From: the human T2T-CHM13v2.0 reference genome, Homo sapiens
Assembly: GCF_009914755.1 (NCBI RefSeq)
Contig: NC_060937.1
Direction: 5' to 3' (one strand)
Length of the DNA stretch: 64,000 nucleotides
The position numbers and the translations under genes were made by a program. Under the pieces are notes generated by a model. That model was given only the letters and a program-made list of their open reading frames with translations. It searched no databases and had not been told where the DNA came from. Below are positions 37,125-50,499 of the stretch, piece after piece (the first letter of the stretch is position 1; every line of letters begins with the position of its first letter).

Positions 37125-39925
37125 AGACAAAAGATGAGAGTACAGCTGACCAGGATAAAGACAACATTAGAGGAGGGGAGGGGAGTGGAGTGGGGGAAGG
37201 GAGGGGAGAGGAAATGTCACTGAAGATGAGAAGCCCTCCAAAAATGGTGGATAATTAGTGTAAATGTTCGTTTCAGTCCTTCTTGGTGCTAGAGGTAAAT
37301 AAATGACAGCTTGACCTCCTAAAATGAATTGCTGGCAGCCAAAAAGCAAAAAAGAAAGACCCCTTCTCCAAATGGGACCAGCTACTGAACAAAAGATTGT
37401 CACACTAAATTAGGTTGGGAAATTTATTTACCAGCTAAACAATACGCTAGAGGCAGAGAAAGAGCTGTCTGAATCAGCTGGACTAGGCTTACCACAGTTA
37501 ATGAGGCTTGAGGGGAAATTATGAAAACCCTTTTAAGAAGCAGAGCAGCACAGACAGGAGAGGGACCATCAGGGTCTCAGTCAAAAGTGAAAGTGATTCT
37601 TAATAGGCACAAATAATTGGGCATTAAGTCTCCCTGCCAATATGCCAGTTCTCAGTCCATATGGAGCTGGGTTCAGACCCCAAGGTAGAAGCTGGGCATG
37701 ACAGAGTGGGTCACTATAATTGATTCAAAAACAGAAACTATGGTCTCTGGTCTCTCAAGAGTACCCAGGTGAATGGCCTCACTCATGGTTCCTGGTGTCT
37801 AAGATCAAGGAGCAGAGAAAGAGGAAAGCAGCTACGGTTATGATTGTCCCTAAGGAGCAACTAAAAACCCCATATAAGAGTGAAATATATATCTTGGGTT
37901 CTGTGTAATTCAAAGTCCACACTATTTCACATTAAAGTTCTCATTCTGAATAACTCCACTTAAACCTATGTGCATTTCATCTATGTTTCCTGAAAGGAAA
38001 GAAAAATGTTTCACCATGATAAAATAAACTTCTTGATTTATACAAGCTGATGAGGCTAATATTCTATAATTGCATACTTTCATGTGTCAAAATGTGAATA
38101 ATTAAAACTGCTAAACTGGAAACAGAAAATTTCATGGTTAATGTTTGTGTGCCTGTGTGCTGACTGACTAGCTCTGCTAAGTTCCTTGTGACAACCTCTA
38201 TGTGGACATATGCATTTTCTGTTTCCTCTCTTGGATCATACTAAAGATAAAAATTCATCATGACAACTTACAACACCAATATACTATATAAAATTAATAT
38301 ATTCTTTCGTTTGGGGTTTGCTGGAGAAATAAGTGGACTTTGGAAAATAAAACCATTGGTGTAAGTGAACTCACAAACTATGTGACTAACTCTTTTTCAG
38401 ACACAGTATCTTCTGAAATTTGAGGAAGAGTGGCGATGTAGGTTTTTTACCACTTCACATTTCAGTTGTGATTTCCTTGATTTGAGGAGAGATTCCTTCT
38501 TAGATTCCTTGAATTTCAGGCAAAATGTTCCCCTACTTTTTAAGAAAGGAACTCTCTTTGTGTCAAAAGTAGTCTTTAGTGTCTCTTCCAGGTTGGTTGA
38601 TGATTAGGCACTAATAAAGAGAGAACAATAAAAGAATTGTAATGGCAACATGCCCACAGTCAGGAGTTGGATGAAACTTTTTAGCTTTTAAATAGTTTGG
38701 CATAAAGCCATTACCTCCCAGTTTGGCAGAACAGGTGGAGGTAATAATTCCACCGCCCTACTCTAGTGAAAGCACAGTATGATGCAATTTTGAAAAGATT
38801 ATTACATACTCTCATTTCTAAATAAAAAGTAAAAGGTGATAAAGCATATGGTACAATATCTGGGGAATCTTACTTGACTGCAGTTGAATCACAAAGAAAT
38901 CTGTCGGTAAATTGGGACTTTAATCCTTTAAGGTGAAAATGTGTTTTATCTCATTTTCACCATGGAAACTACCGTACAATATACGATTGTGGTTATGGGC
39001 GGAGTACATCATAATTCAAACCCAAAAATATGAATACTTGTATTCCAGCAAATATAACTTCCTAACTTTCCATATTTCTCTTTCTGAAAACATTCTGGCC
39101 AGCCCCCAAAATGTTTGAAAATTGCATGAATATTTTAATGTATATATAATTATAAAATGAATATGGAACTGTAAATGAAATGTCCTATCTGTACTTATTC
39201 TTTATGATTTGATTTTTATGAACCCAGATCATATTATAAAAGCTCATAAAAAATTATCAGGATAAGTGCTTTCATGTTATATTATTATACATGTTTTTTA
39301 ATTTCTTAAAATATGTATTCAATTGTACTTACTATGAGACTACAAGTATTGATCTGAAATTAAAGTTTGATCTGTAAACTTCAATATCCCAGAAAACTAA
39401 TGGAAACACTACTTCTATTGAAGTTCTCTATCCGAAAAAGAATGTTTAAAGCTGGATCCTCTTTGCCTAATGGCTTGTTTCTTACCTTTTGCACCTAGAG
39501 TTTCTGAAAAAAAATTTGTCATTTGCTTTATGATTCTGTACCCCACTGGCAGAACAGTCAATAAGATCATGAAAGGTGAATGGGCAAATGGAAAACAATC
39601 ATTCCTTGAAAGGGTCACAGCAGGGTTGGAGACAAGAAAGCCTTCACATCGAGATGAGTTTTTAAATATAGAATGTTTTATCTTATTAATTATAATTCTT
39701 ATTTTTAGGTAAATTATTAATACTCTTTTAAAATAAAAGAGGGAAAATATCAACACTGAATATTTCTGGAATAAAATCTACATCAAACAGAGCTTTTACA
39801 TCATGAATGGGATAATGTAAAAGTAGAATGCCTGTAAAGGCATTCTAGCTGATAGACTGAGGCCTGAATTTGCTGACATCTCCCTGTGGTCCCCTAGGGA
39901 GAAAGTCAGGATTTCTTTCTTTTGA

Positions 39926-40277
<352 letters not shown>

Positions 40278-40754
40278 AAGCCTCTTGCATTCTGGACCTA
40301 ATCCCAAGATGTTTAGAAAGAGAGTCAAGAGAAATGAAGGAAGCAAGAAGAAAAAAACTGGAGATCACAACCACCATTCTGTTCCCATGGATGTCTAACC
40401 TATGTATCCACCTTTCATCACATTAGTCCCACAGCCCAAAATTGGATGAATAACACAGCCTCGATGCTTCATTATCATACATGTGGATCAGAGCAAAAAT
40501 GTTCCTGATATTAAATAACATAAATACCAAATATAGTGGAGACACATGAAACCTGTCATACAAAAAAGAATAAAGCAAAGTAAACAAAGGCTCCAGTAAG
40601 TCTTCCTGGACCTCAAAGCCCCAGCAGCCCTGTCTCCAGGATCAGGCAGGATGGACAGCTGCATTCTAGGCCCATGAAGTTGGGCAACCCCTCCCTGCAG
40701 CAGCGACAATGAAACCCAGTTCACTGCAGAAAAGGACCATCCTGAGAAAAGTAG

Positions 40755-41025
40755 CTCACCCACTGCCCACTGTCCATCATATCACTCTGTTCAGTGTTTC
40801 TGCACCTACTGGTAATGGCAATTGTCTTCCATTTGAATGTATGTGTGTACATATGTATGTATGCATTTGCATGTTTTCTGTCCCCCACTACTAGAATTCA
40901 AGCTCCAAGAAGCAGGGACCTCATCTCCCTGGCTCACCACTGTATCTTCAACACCCATAACAATGATTAGGACAGGGTAGGTGAAATACTGGCTGACTTC
41001 ATCAGTGAGTGTTGTGGATGATGAA
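40755..41025 (+). mobile_element. L2 3' end
   Basis: TGTCCCCCACTACTAGAATTCAAGCTCCAAGAAGCAGGGACC...CTCACCACTGTATC...GTTGTGGATGATGAAT. Confidence 0.8.
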
Positions 41026-42794
41026 TCCATACTGCCAGAATAGACATAAAATACATTTTTTGAAAGTCTGATTTATCTGTGAAATGAAAATAGGAAAAGA
41101 CTGTCTGGTAAAAGTGCAACAGAAAACATCCCAGAGGCTATTTTGCGGTACAGACATGTAGGTTTGCAGTACAAACATGTAGGGTTTGAATATCATATAG
41201 TGTGAGGGGCGGGGAGCAGTGAAAGAAAAGGTGAAATGGGAGAGTTCCACTGCATCTAAAGTAGAACCTGATGCCTAGTAAGTCACTGATGTTCTAAGAA
41301 GGCAAGGCCAACTGATAACCACTGCCTGCTGTACAGTCTAATATGTTCCATATCAGCAAGTTGACCAGTTACTTCTTTAAACCATAACAAGACACATATA
41401 ATTGCCTCTGTGGGTAACACTGCTCAATTTTGATTAAGAACTCTACCTTTAATGACATTTTCAGTGTGTATGTGAAACTTCAGTAGTGTGTTTCCAGGCC
41501 TTTAAATATTTCTGGCCATGCTACTACAATTCTATCTCTAGTGTAAACTTTAGACAATTGATAGGACAAAACACCTTCTTGCTCTCCAACAAACTCTAAC
41601 ATTTTGTGGATTCCCAGAAAAAGAAGATTAAACTCTAGTCTCCTGAACCTAGAATTTTCTTGCAGATAGGCCAATTAGACTCATTTTGACTCAACTGACA
41701 TTTCCTGCTGGACAAAATAAAGGAATTAAAATCATTATAAAACCACACATATTAAAAATCATATATTCAGTGACTATATAAGAAAACTATCATAGTGTAA
41801 TATATAATACCATTATGGAAGAGTGTTATAAACAGTGTTTGCTTTTTTATACTTTTCTGTATTTTAAAATTTTTCTTCAAAGCATATGTATTATTTTTAA
41901 AATAAGATTTAAAATTGTTTAATTAAAATTTTGTAAGTCTGTTTTAAGTTTTTACTCAAATATCTTTTGCCTTCAGTGTTGATTGAAGTACTGTGAAGGA
42001 AAGGATGTGCAATTCTTTATACAGTTCTCATTAGTATTTTCTATCTCAGCAAATCCATTTTGTTGTCATTTGCTACTTATTAAACATTGTTTTATAACCT
42101 TATCAACTATGTGCAAATAAAATCCATTGCTTTCAAGAAAGTGTACTTTTTAAATGCTTTTAGTTTTGATTGCAGTATTTTTCATGTTAGATTTGCTTAA
42201 GCCACATATTTTGTATTCAAGCAGATGTTCACAAAATAAATATTCACATCGAGTTTATGTGGCTCATAATTCCATGTAGTACAGATTGTTTCAAATGAGT
42301 CTACAAACCTCATTTTCTTCTGACTTAAAAAATGCACCCAGAATAATATTTAAATTACCTTTACACACCTAATAAAGATGTACAGTCATTTTAACAACCT
42401 CTGCACTGTCAATCATTGATAGGAAAACATAACTTGACATGCTCTAGATTTATTTTAATGGGCAATGCATTTGAAAGTGCTATAACTCTGTGATAGGGCA
42501 ATCTTATCCTGGGGTGTCATCTACCTCAACGTGGGGTGTTTTGAGACAGTCACTTGTCCCTTGCCCGGTAAAAACACAATATACATGTATATTTCTCTTC
42601 CCTTTTAGCAGTCAGGTGGCTACCTCCATTTGGAGCAGGTAGTTTCAAATTCAAATTAATGACATGATGATTTACAAACATGAGTTATAAGTATTATATG
42701 AGTTTGCAAGATTAAAATGTAACAACAACCAAATGATTGGTTGCTTCCAGGGGCTGAAATGCAGTATTCTCTGGGGTGGTATCATATTCATTTC

Positions 42795-43050
42795 AAATAA
42801 TAGCTATTATTTGTTGAGTACTAAATAGACCTATTTTAATTGTTTTCAACTAACATTTAATTGCCGCAACCCTATAAGAAAGATTTTCTCATAATTCCCA
42901 TTTTATAGATGACAAAACTGAGAAAGAAGAAAGGGGTGTACTAGGCCCACAGTCACAGCTAGTGATGTACTAGGCCCATAGTCACAGCTAGGTGGCTGTG
43001 CTAGAATTCTAACTTGAGAAGACCCCTCTCGCTTAACCATTACTCTGTAC
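42795..43050 (-). mobile_element. MIR SINE with an internal 29-bp tandem duplication
   Basis: CCCATTTTATAGATGACAAAACTGAG...GTCACAGCTAG...CTTAACCATTAC. Confidence 0.8.
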
Positions 43051-43519
43051 TTCCTCTCAAATATAAATCATAACTTTAGAAGTTACCAATACACATTTCT
43101 ATATCCCCCTCCCTTCATTGCTTCCTTCCTTCTCTCCAAAATATCTTCATTTCTTTTGACCATAAGATTATTTGCTCATTATCAAAATGTAAAGTCCAGT
43201 CCACATTTCTTTATGCATTTTCATATCTCCATTAAATTACAGCCATCCAAAAGCTTAACAGCACAGTACATCACATTCTCATTTCTTTATTAACATGATA
43301 TTTCTCCTTCTCAGGAACCCTATGAGATGGGCCAAAGGTTCAAATTCACGGTATTACTTATAACAGCAAAACTTGAAATTAAACTAAAATATACAGTCTC
43401 TAAATATAATTTTCTAAAAAGACTAACATACTCTGAAATACTGTGTTATTGCATCCTCTAGAATGCACTAAGAGAAAGAAGAAAACAAAATGCAAACATT
43501 TACCAGGCACCTGCTAGAT

Positions 43520-43690
43520 GCCTTGGAATTCAAAGTGTGGTCCTGGGCCAGCAGCATTATTATCATCGGGGAGCTTGTTAGAAATGCAGAATTTCAGTCT
43601 ACGCCCCAAACCTACTGAATCAGAACCTGAATATTAACACCAATCCCCAGGCAATGCACACGCATAGAAAAGTTTGAAAATCACTATAGC
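43520..43690. mobile_element. MER5A (hAT-Charlie)
   Basis: TCAAAGTGTGGTCC...AGCAGCAT...GGGAGCTTGTTAGAAATGCAGAAT...CCTACTGAATCAGAA...AAAGTTTGAAAATCACT. Confidence 0.85.
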
Positions 43691-43879
43691 AGAGAAGCAC
43701 AGCATGTGTTCATGCCTCCAGTTACCATACTTCAGCTAGCACATTCCCCAGTGTCAGAACCATATGATATCACCAAAACAGACAGAAGTGAGAGCCATTC
43801 ACCCGCCCAAGCTCACCCTTATTCTGCCAAGTCAGAAGAGGCATGGCTATTGTTAGGTGCAGAGTAGGAAATAGATTTT

Positions 43880-44225
43880 TGCCAACAAAACACTAACTGA
43901 TTGGACCATAAGTTGAAGAAGTTTCAACTTGAGCATAATGCCAATGAGAATTCATTCAAGATTTTGAGAAAATGAGACATATAGTTAGATTGCATTTTAG
44001 AAAGATCACTAGCTGTAGAGTAGAAAACAAATGAGATGTGGTAAGCTTGGAGCTAGGGCGATCAATTAATAGTGGAGAAGTGTTGGTGGCCTGAGTACTC
44101 ATAAGCAGTGGGAAGATAAAGAGGTGGAAGACTCAAAGGTATTTCAAAGGTAGACTTGTCAGGACTTGAGATTAGTGGGGAGGTACTCTGCGAGGAAGAG
44201 GGAGGAGAGAAGTGAAGGCAATATG
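43880..44225 (-). mobile_element. L2 fragment
   Basis: TTAGATTGCATTTTAGAAAGATCACT...GGTAGACTTGTCAGGACTTG...GAGGAAGAGGGAGGAG. Confidence 0.6.
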
Positions 44226-44819
44226 TCTTGCCAAAAACCATTTATTTTTAAAGAAAGAGAAATGACTTGAAACAAACACCTAAATAGTTTTGTACTAGCT
44301 TAAGAATGGATAGGCAGATCAATCGAACTGAACAGAAAGATTATCAGCAGCTCAATTCCTTCCTACAAATGTTTATTATGATAAAAGTGACACTTAACCC
44401 ATTAAGGATGGATTATTCAATGAATCATATGGAGATAAATGATTAACTACTAGAGGAAAAGTGTTAGCCCTTTCTTACACCAAAATGAGACTGAAGTGGA
44501 TTGAAAACTTGCATGTGAAAAAAAAATTGTAATAATTGAACAATAAATGGGTTTCGTGGCACAGAAAGCTATTTTAAAGCACAAAAGGTAAAAATCATAA
44601 AGAAAAAGAATGACAGTCTTGATTACATAAAAAGTAAAAACATCATTGCATTGCCAAAAAAAAATTATAATAGAACCACTTAGGGATAAAGAGATTTTAA
44701 TAAATGAAAGAAGTAGATTAGGAAGCCAAGAGCGAAACAAGCAAAGAGTATTAGAAAATTTACCTAAAAATATATGATTCATTAAAAAAAAAGAAGAAAA
44801 AGAAAAGAAAATTTATGGA

Positions 44820-44884
44820 AGCCTGGGCAACATGGTAAGACCCTGTGTCTCTACAAAAAAAAAAAAAAGAAAAAGAAAAAATTA
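44820..44884 (+). mobile_element. Short Alu/FLAM left-monomer 3' fragment with A tail
   Basis: AGCCTGGGCAACATGGTAAGACCCTGTGTCTCTACAAAAAAAAAAAAAAG. Confidence 0.8.
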
Positions 44885-45136
44885 TTCAGACATGTTAGTA
44901 ATCACAGAAGTAAAAACTAATATAATGAGAATGTTTCTCTTGTTAAATTGCATTACAAGACCCACTTATTGGTCTAACTGCAGTAAAATTAGTAATTTTT
45001 AAACAAAAGTTTCTGGAAGACAATTTATAAAAAGGTTATAAAAAGGTTTAAAATGTTCATATTCTTTGACCCCCCAAAATTTCACTTTAGGAATTTATTC
45101 TAAGGAAATTGGAGCTGTACATGATAGTTAGTATAT

Positions 45137-45192
45137 ACAAGACATGTTCATTTTAGCAATTTAGACAAGACATGTTCATTTTAGCAATTTAG
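45137..45192. repeat. Perfect 28-bp tandem duplication
   Basis: ACAAGACATGTTCATTTTAGCAATTTAG at 45137-45164 and 45165-45192. Confidence 0.98.
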
Positions 45193-46614
45193 AAATGAAA
45201 AACTTTAAGTGACTAATAGTAAGGAGTTGATTAAATAAATTTTGCTTATTACTTAAAAAATATATTTGGCAGCCATTTAAAAATTATATTTTTCAAGGTA
45301 TATTTAATAATGCAATAAAATATATATGAGATAATATGTTTTAAAAGATATAAAGAATATACTTATCCTTCCAATATTTATTAGATGCCTACTATCTTCC
45401 AGGAATTGTTCTGTAGTATAATCATTGTGTGATTTGTTTTGTATATAGAATTCCAACTTTCTAAAAATTATATATATATGTGTATGTATGTGTGGATATA
45501 TATATATAGAGAGAGAAAGAGAGCCATAGCCATAAAAATATTTATGGAGAAACACAACATGATGTTAACGATAGTTGCATCAGGATGATGGACTGTTCAT
45601 TTACATTTTCTTATTTACTTTTCTGTGATTTCTAATTTTCTACAATGAACATGTATTAGTTACATACTTTCAAAAAATAATAACTTTTGATTTACCTTAA
45701 TTTCACCCTAAACAAAGAAGAAACTTCTCTTTAGGCTATTTTAAAGAAAACACATTGGCATTTTCAAAGAGAAATTGACCCAGTTAAAAGGAAAAATAAA
45801 AGAAATAAATACCCAAAAAATGAAAAAGAAAGAAAACATTTACATCTGACTCTGCAAAGTAAAAGTTCTCATCCCATAAAGGCTGTCACAACTCCACAGG
45901 CAGGCTGGCTCCTTCTCACCTGAGAGCACCTCAGGAACCTGCTCTAGAAACGCTCTGATGTTGCTCTTGGCCCTTCCTAGACCAAGGTCAAAGGCTCAGA
46001 GTCAAGCACTTTGACTATCCTTGGTAAAGTAATCCCCTTTATCAGTTGGCATACATGATATAATATAAAATAGTTTAAGTTTAGCTTTTTAATAAATGGC
46101 TTTATGATGACTGATTCTATAGCAAGATCAGTGTTCATTTTACCTCTTCAGTAGGAAACCTTAAGTAAATTGGCACACTTGGTGGAAAAATATGAAATGT
46201 ACAGACATGTCCTGGGTCAGCTTTTAGCAACAGCAAAGAGAATCTTGCCAGATTCAAGGGTTATGATGACCACATAGAAGTAAAATTTAAATTTCTGCCT
46301 AACGATTTGACGTCTATGTATCCTTGCCAGGAACTGATACCTGGTGTCACTGTAGGCTACTTACAATGCCTTGGGTAACTGACACCTCAGGGCACACACT
46401 CCTGTTTCTGCCACTCCTGCCTCTTCCGATAAGGTGTCATTAACCCAATTTTATGCATTTGGACATCAAGGATGAGAGAGCATTAGTGACTTGTCAAAGG
46501 TCACAGACGAGGCAGAGAGGATCACAGTTTGAGCCTGGCATGGACTTTGTGTCCTCCCCTTCTGCCCTCCTCAGAAACCCTGAACACATGCTGATTCATC
46601 CTAATATACAACCC

Positions 46615-46770
46615 AAGGGGTATTTATTGTGTGCCAGGCACAATGCTAGAAATGCTTGTTTCTAACTCTCACAGCACCTTTGCTGTGAGGTTGGTTTTTA
46701 TTTAATGATGAGAACATTGAGATATTGTAACTGCCCTAATCTCACGCAGCTAACAGATGCCAGGATGAGA
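46615..46770 (-). mobile_element. MIR fragment
   Basis: TATTGTGTGCCAGGCACAATGCTAG...CTCACAGCACCTTTG...GATGAGAACATTGAG...CTCACGCAGCTAA. Confidence 0.65.
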
Positions 46771-47207
46771 CAACTTATATATATTATGCATGGAAAATCC
46801 CATCATTTCCAGTGTTTCCCCAGGAAGCTTCTTACTGCAGATCTCAATAACAACATATACACACATGCAGACTATAGGCTGATGATCTAACACACAATTA
46901 CCCTTTTGGCCTGTTTAAGCCAGTTCAATGAGCTTCAGTGTACCCATCCCTTCTCTGCATTTGCTTACTCCAGAATCCTATTCTAATCCTGCTCTGAAGC
47001 ATAAAATGTGATAGTTTTCTACATTGGAGTAAGGCATACACCAGGAATCACTGTATACATATGATGAGAAATGTACTATGGTTCAGCCTGGGATAATTAA
47101 CTGTGCTTCCTGGATTTGCTTACATCTTTGTTCAGGATTTATTTAGTTTTATTAAATTATCTTCCCTTATACTATCTAAAGCAAACCTTCCTCAGACTCT
47201 AAGGCTG

Positions 47208-47336
47208 CATACACTGCTCAACAGAAATAGAATGCAAGCCACACAGTAATTTTAAATTTTCTAATGGCCACATTAAGAAAACATATAAATTAATAGGTGA
47301 AAGTCATTTTAATAACAATGGTTTTAAAAATCAAAT
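47208..47336. mobile_element. MER33/MER3 (hAT-Charlie), one end only
   Basis: CAACAGAAATAGAATGCAAGCCACACAGTAATTTTAAATTTTCTAATGGCCACATTAA...AGGTGAAAGTCATTTTAATAA. Confidence 0.75.
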
Positions 47337-47337
47337 C

Positions 47338-47530
47338 CAGTTGACCCTTGAACAGCATAAGTTTGAACTGTGCAGGTCTGCTAATAAGGGGATTTTTTTC
47401 AACCAAACACAGACTGAAACTATAGTATTTGTAGGATGCAAAACCCACGTACAAAGAGGGCCAAATTTTCACATATACAGATTCTGGAGGGTTGACCTCA
47501 GGGCTTGAGTATGCACAGATTTTGAAAAAT
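47338..47530. mobile_element. MER8 (Tigger2-derived MITE) lacking its second TIR
   Basis: CAGTTGACCCTTGAACAGCATAAGTTTGAACTGTGCAGGTC...TTTTTCAACCAAAC...CTTGAGTATGCACAGATTTTG. Confidence 0.85.
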
Positions 47531-47547
47531 GCAGAGGAGTTGCATTT

Positions 47548-47689
47548 ACCTTGCTCTCCAGCTTGCAGACGGCCTATTGTCGGACTTCACCTTGTGATTG
47601 TGTAAGTCGATACTCCTTAATCAACTCCCCTTTATATATACACCCATATTAGTCCAGTCCTGTCCCTCTAGAGAACCCTGACTAATACA
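47548..47689 (+). mobile_element. MLT2A (HERV-L LTR), 3' end only
   Basis: CTCCAGCTTGCAGACGGCCTATTGT...CTCCCCTTTATATATA...CTGTCCCTCTAGAGAACCCTGACTAATACA. Confidence 0.9.
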
Positions 47690-48570
47690 AGGGGTCAGGC
47701 ACAAGTACGCATGTGGAAGTGGGGGCTAGGGCTCAAGGCTATATGCAGGCATGTATGTGTTGGCAGTGTAGGGTCTCTGGGCTGAGGTTCCTGGGTCAGC
47801 AGCGGCTGGGGTGACTCTGGAAAGGAGACAGAGAGAGATGGTGACTCAGGTACCTGAAGACGATGAAGGTGAAAAGCTGCGTGGCCCTCCGTGGTGAAGG
47901 CTGTAGGTGGTCCACTGCAGCTGTGCTGGCTATTGGTTTCCTTACTAAAGCTGCTGGAGTCCTCTAGAGCAAGCTGCTGGGGTCTGCTAAAGAGCACATT
48001 GCAGGGTTCTTGGCGGTGAAAGCTGTGGGGAGTGTGTGGTGGCCGTACGGGCTGTTGAGGTGCCTTGTGGGGAAGATTTGCTGGAGACCTATGCAGAGCA
48101 GGCCATTGAAGACTGCTGTGGCTCCCAGCATCTGGCTGATAACGATAGCATCTATCTTTCTTCTTTATACCCTGGCATCTTCAGATGTCTCAGCCATGCC
48201 AGTCTCCCCAGCAGTCCGGGTGGGGTGAAACTGTAGCTGGTCACTCAGTCAGTGCCCTGAAAAGCTGGGGAAGCTGCTTTTTTACCCAACTCTCCTTTTC
48301 CTTGTGAAGGGAACTTGCAAGCTATGGAATTCCTGCTCTGTGCTGAGCAGTGCTGGCCTGGAAGATGGGAAGGAGATGGAGTCAAAATGAAACTGTCCTT
48401 CTTAGCCTTTTTGTGAAGTAATTTTGGGATTATTTCTTCCACCGTAACTGCTTAAGTGGACTCTGGGGTTTTTCCAGAGTTATTTGTGTTTGTGAATAGC
48501 TATTTAATTGTTCTTTGTCAGAAGAATGAAGGCTGAGACCTCCTTCTCCACCATCTTGCTGACATTACTC
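47690..48570 (-). mobile_element. 5' UTR of an old L1 (L1M3/L1MA-type)
   Basis: The minus strand begins GAGTAATGTCAGCAAGATGGTGGAG, matching the L1M 5' terminus motif GAGTGACGTCAGCAAGATGGCGG. The body is GC-richer and UTR-like. Confidence 0.75.
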
Positions 48571-49169
48571 TGCTTCCAGGTTTATCCTTGATACTCAAGA
48601 TAATGTTGGTGAAAGCTCTAAAGTGCTCTATACATTCTAGCCATTGTTATTTACCCCCAAAGTTGTATTTTTTGATGCCACAATTTTAAATAACATATTT
48701 AAAGCACTTAAATTTTTGTAAAAATAATAAAATCACTATGACACCAAAAAAAGTTTATCTCAATTTTGAAATGTGAATTTTATTTTGCATTTAAATTTAT
48801 ATTGTCTTCTATGTTGTTACCTTACCCATAATATTCATGCTTGCCAAATAGTGTTTAATAATCCATTGAATTGATTTAAAAATTTTATTTGAACCTTTGG
48901 ACATTTGAGTTGAGATCATATTATTTTTGAGATCCATTTCTACTTCTTTTTAGGTTATACGAGTTTTCTTTTAAAAAATATTTAACTATCAAAGATACCT
49001 TTAAATTTTCTTTCTAGGTATGTGTCAGAACACCAAGATTCAGAAGTGATTGGAGTCCCATAGGAATCTTATAGGAGCTCATCAACATTTGTGATAACCG
49101 ATGCTCAATGACATGGTATTTTTTAAATAAAATCCAATGGAACAAATACTGGACTGATACTTCAATCCA

Positions 49170-50492
49170 CCATTGGATTAACATTAAATTGTTATAAGCT
49201 TAAAATAGATGCTTTTACTTATAAGATGTTACATGTAAGCCTCACAATAACCACAGCTAAAACCTGTATAAGATACACAAAAGATAAAGAAATCAAAACA
49301 TACCACTACAGAAAATTATCTAATCACAAAGAAAGACAACAAGAGGCAGAAAGGAACAAAGGATCTACATGTCCCACCAGACAAACTAGAAAATGTATAA
49401 TTCACAGAGTATTGGGTAGATTACTCACAAGGGTCTTGTCTTACTAGCAGGCAATATTTGGCCCTAGACTAAATGCTGCTCTGGTCCCACTTAAATCATA
49501 CAAGCAACCATCCTCCACACGCACAAAAAATCACTTTCCAACTACTTTAAATACATACCAAAAAAAGCTCAAGCATATTTACAGGAATACAAAAATCAAA
49601 GATCACCAGGCACACCAAAGAAGTAGGAAAATATAGCTATAATGAGGAGAAAAATAAACCAATCTAAATTGGTCCAGAACTGGCACAAATGTTAAATGTT
49701 AAAATTAGCAGAAAAATACATTAAGACAGTTATAATAACTATTTAAGATGTTCAAGAAGTTTAGCAGAACCATGAAAAAATCAATTAGTAATTCTAGAGG
49801 GGAAAATTACAACTGAGATGAAAAATACAATGGATGAGATTGATAGAAAATCAGATCTTGCAGAAGGTTAGTAAACATGAAGATAAAGAAATAAAATCTA
49901 TGTTAATTTTATTTATCTTTGTTTGCTAACCTACATATTTAAAAAAATTAGAAAAAACCCCCCCAAGTATCAGTGAGCTGTAAGATAGCTTTAAATAGAT
50001 TAATATACATGAAGTTGAAATACCCAAAGAAGACAAGGGGGATAGAAAAAAATGTTTGAAGAAATAATGGAGAAAACTTTTTTGTATTTGATGAAAAAAC
50101 TGTAAACTCACAGAACTGAAACTCCAAGCACAGGAAACATCGAAAATATTATGCCAAGGCATATCATAACCATAATGAAATGGCACCAAATCAGTGATAA
50201 AAGGAAAAATCTTAAAAGCAGAAAAAAAGAGAAGACATGTTATGTAAAGAGGAACAAAAATAAAAACAATGGCATAATTCTGATCAGAAACATTGCAAGT
50301 GAGAGGACATTGAAGCGGCATTTTTAAAGTAGTAAAATAATAAAACTATCAATGTAGAATTTTATACCCAGTGAAAATATCTCTTTAAATGAAGATAATA
50401 TAAATATGTTTTCAGGCACTCAAAAGCTGAAAGAATTAATCATCAGCAGACCCACACTATGAGAAATGCCAAAAAGAAGTCCTTCAGACAGC
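49170..50492 (+). mobile_element. L1M fragments (inter-ORF piece and L1ME-type ORF1 region)
   Basis: ATGTAAGCCTCACAATAACCACA...ACATACCACTACAGAAAAT; GAAAAAATGTTTGAAGAAATAATGG...; AGAATTTTATACCCAGTGAAAATATC...CAGCAGACCCACACTA. Confidence 0.75.
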
Positions 50493-50499
50493 GTAAAAA

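Larger units (their letters stand above)
44290..45680 (+). mobile_element. L1ME 3' fragments
   Basis: GATGGATTATTCAATGAAT; AAATGTTCATATTCTTTGACCC...CACTTTAGGAATTTATTCTAAGGAAAT; TTTTCTACAATGAACATGTATTA. Confidence 0.7.

Noticed and set aside
46257-46342. C/D-box snoRNA-like layout (ATGATGA at 46263, CTGA at 46334, 4-bp terminal stem)
   Set aside because: The boxes are short and expected by chance, the C'/D' boxes are poor, and I recognise no rRNA or snRNA complementarity. snoscan or small-RNA data would be needed.
47695-48442. Cluster of GC-rich ORFs resembling a coding exon
   Set aside because: Explained by the minus-strand L1M 5' UTR ending in the CAAGATGG terminus motif near 48555-48570.
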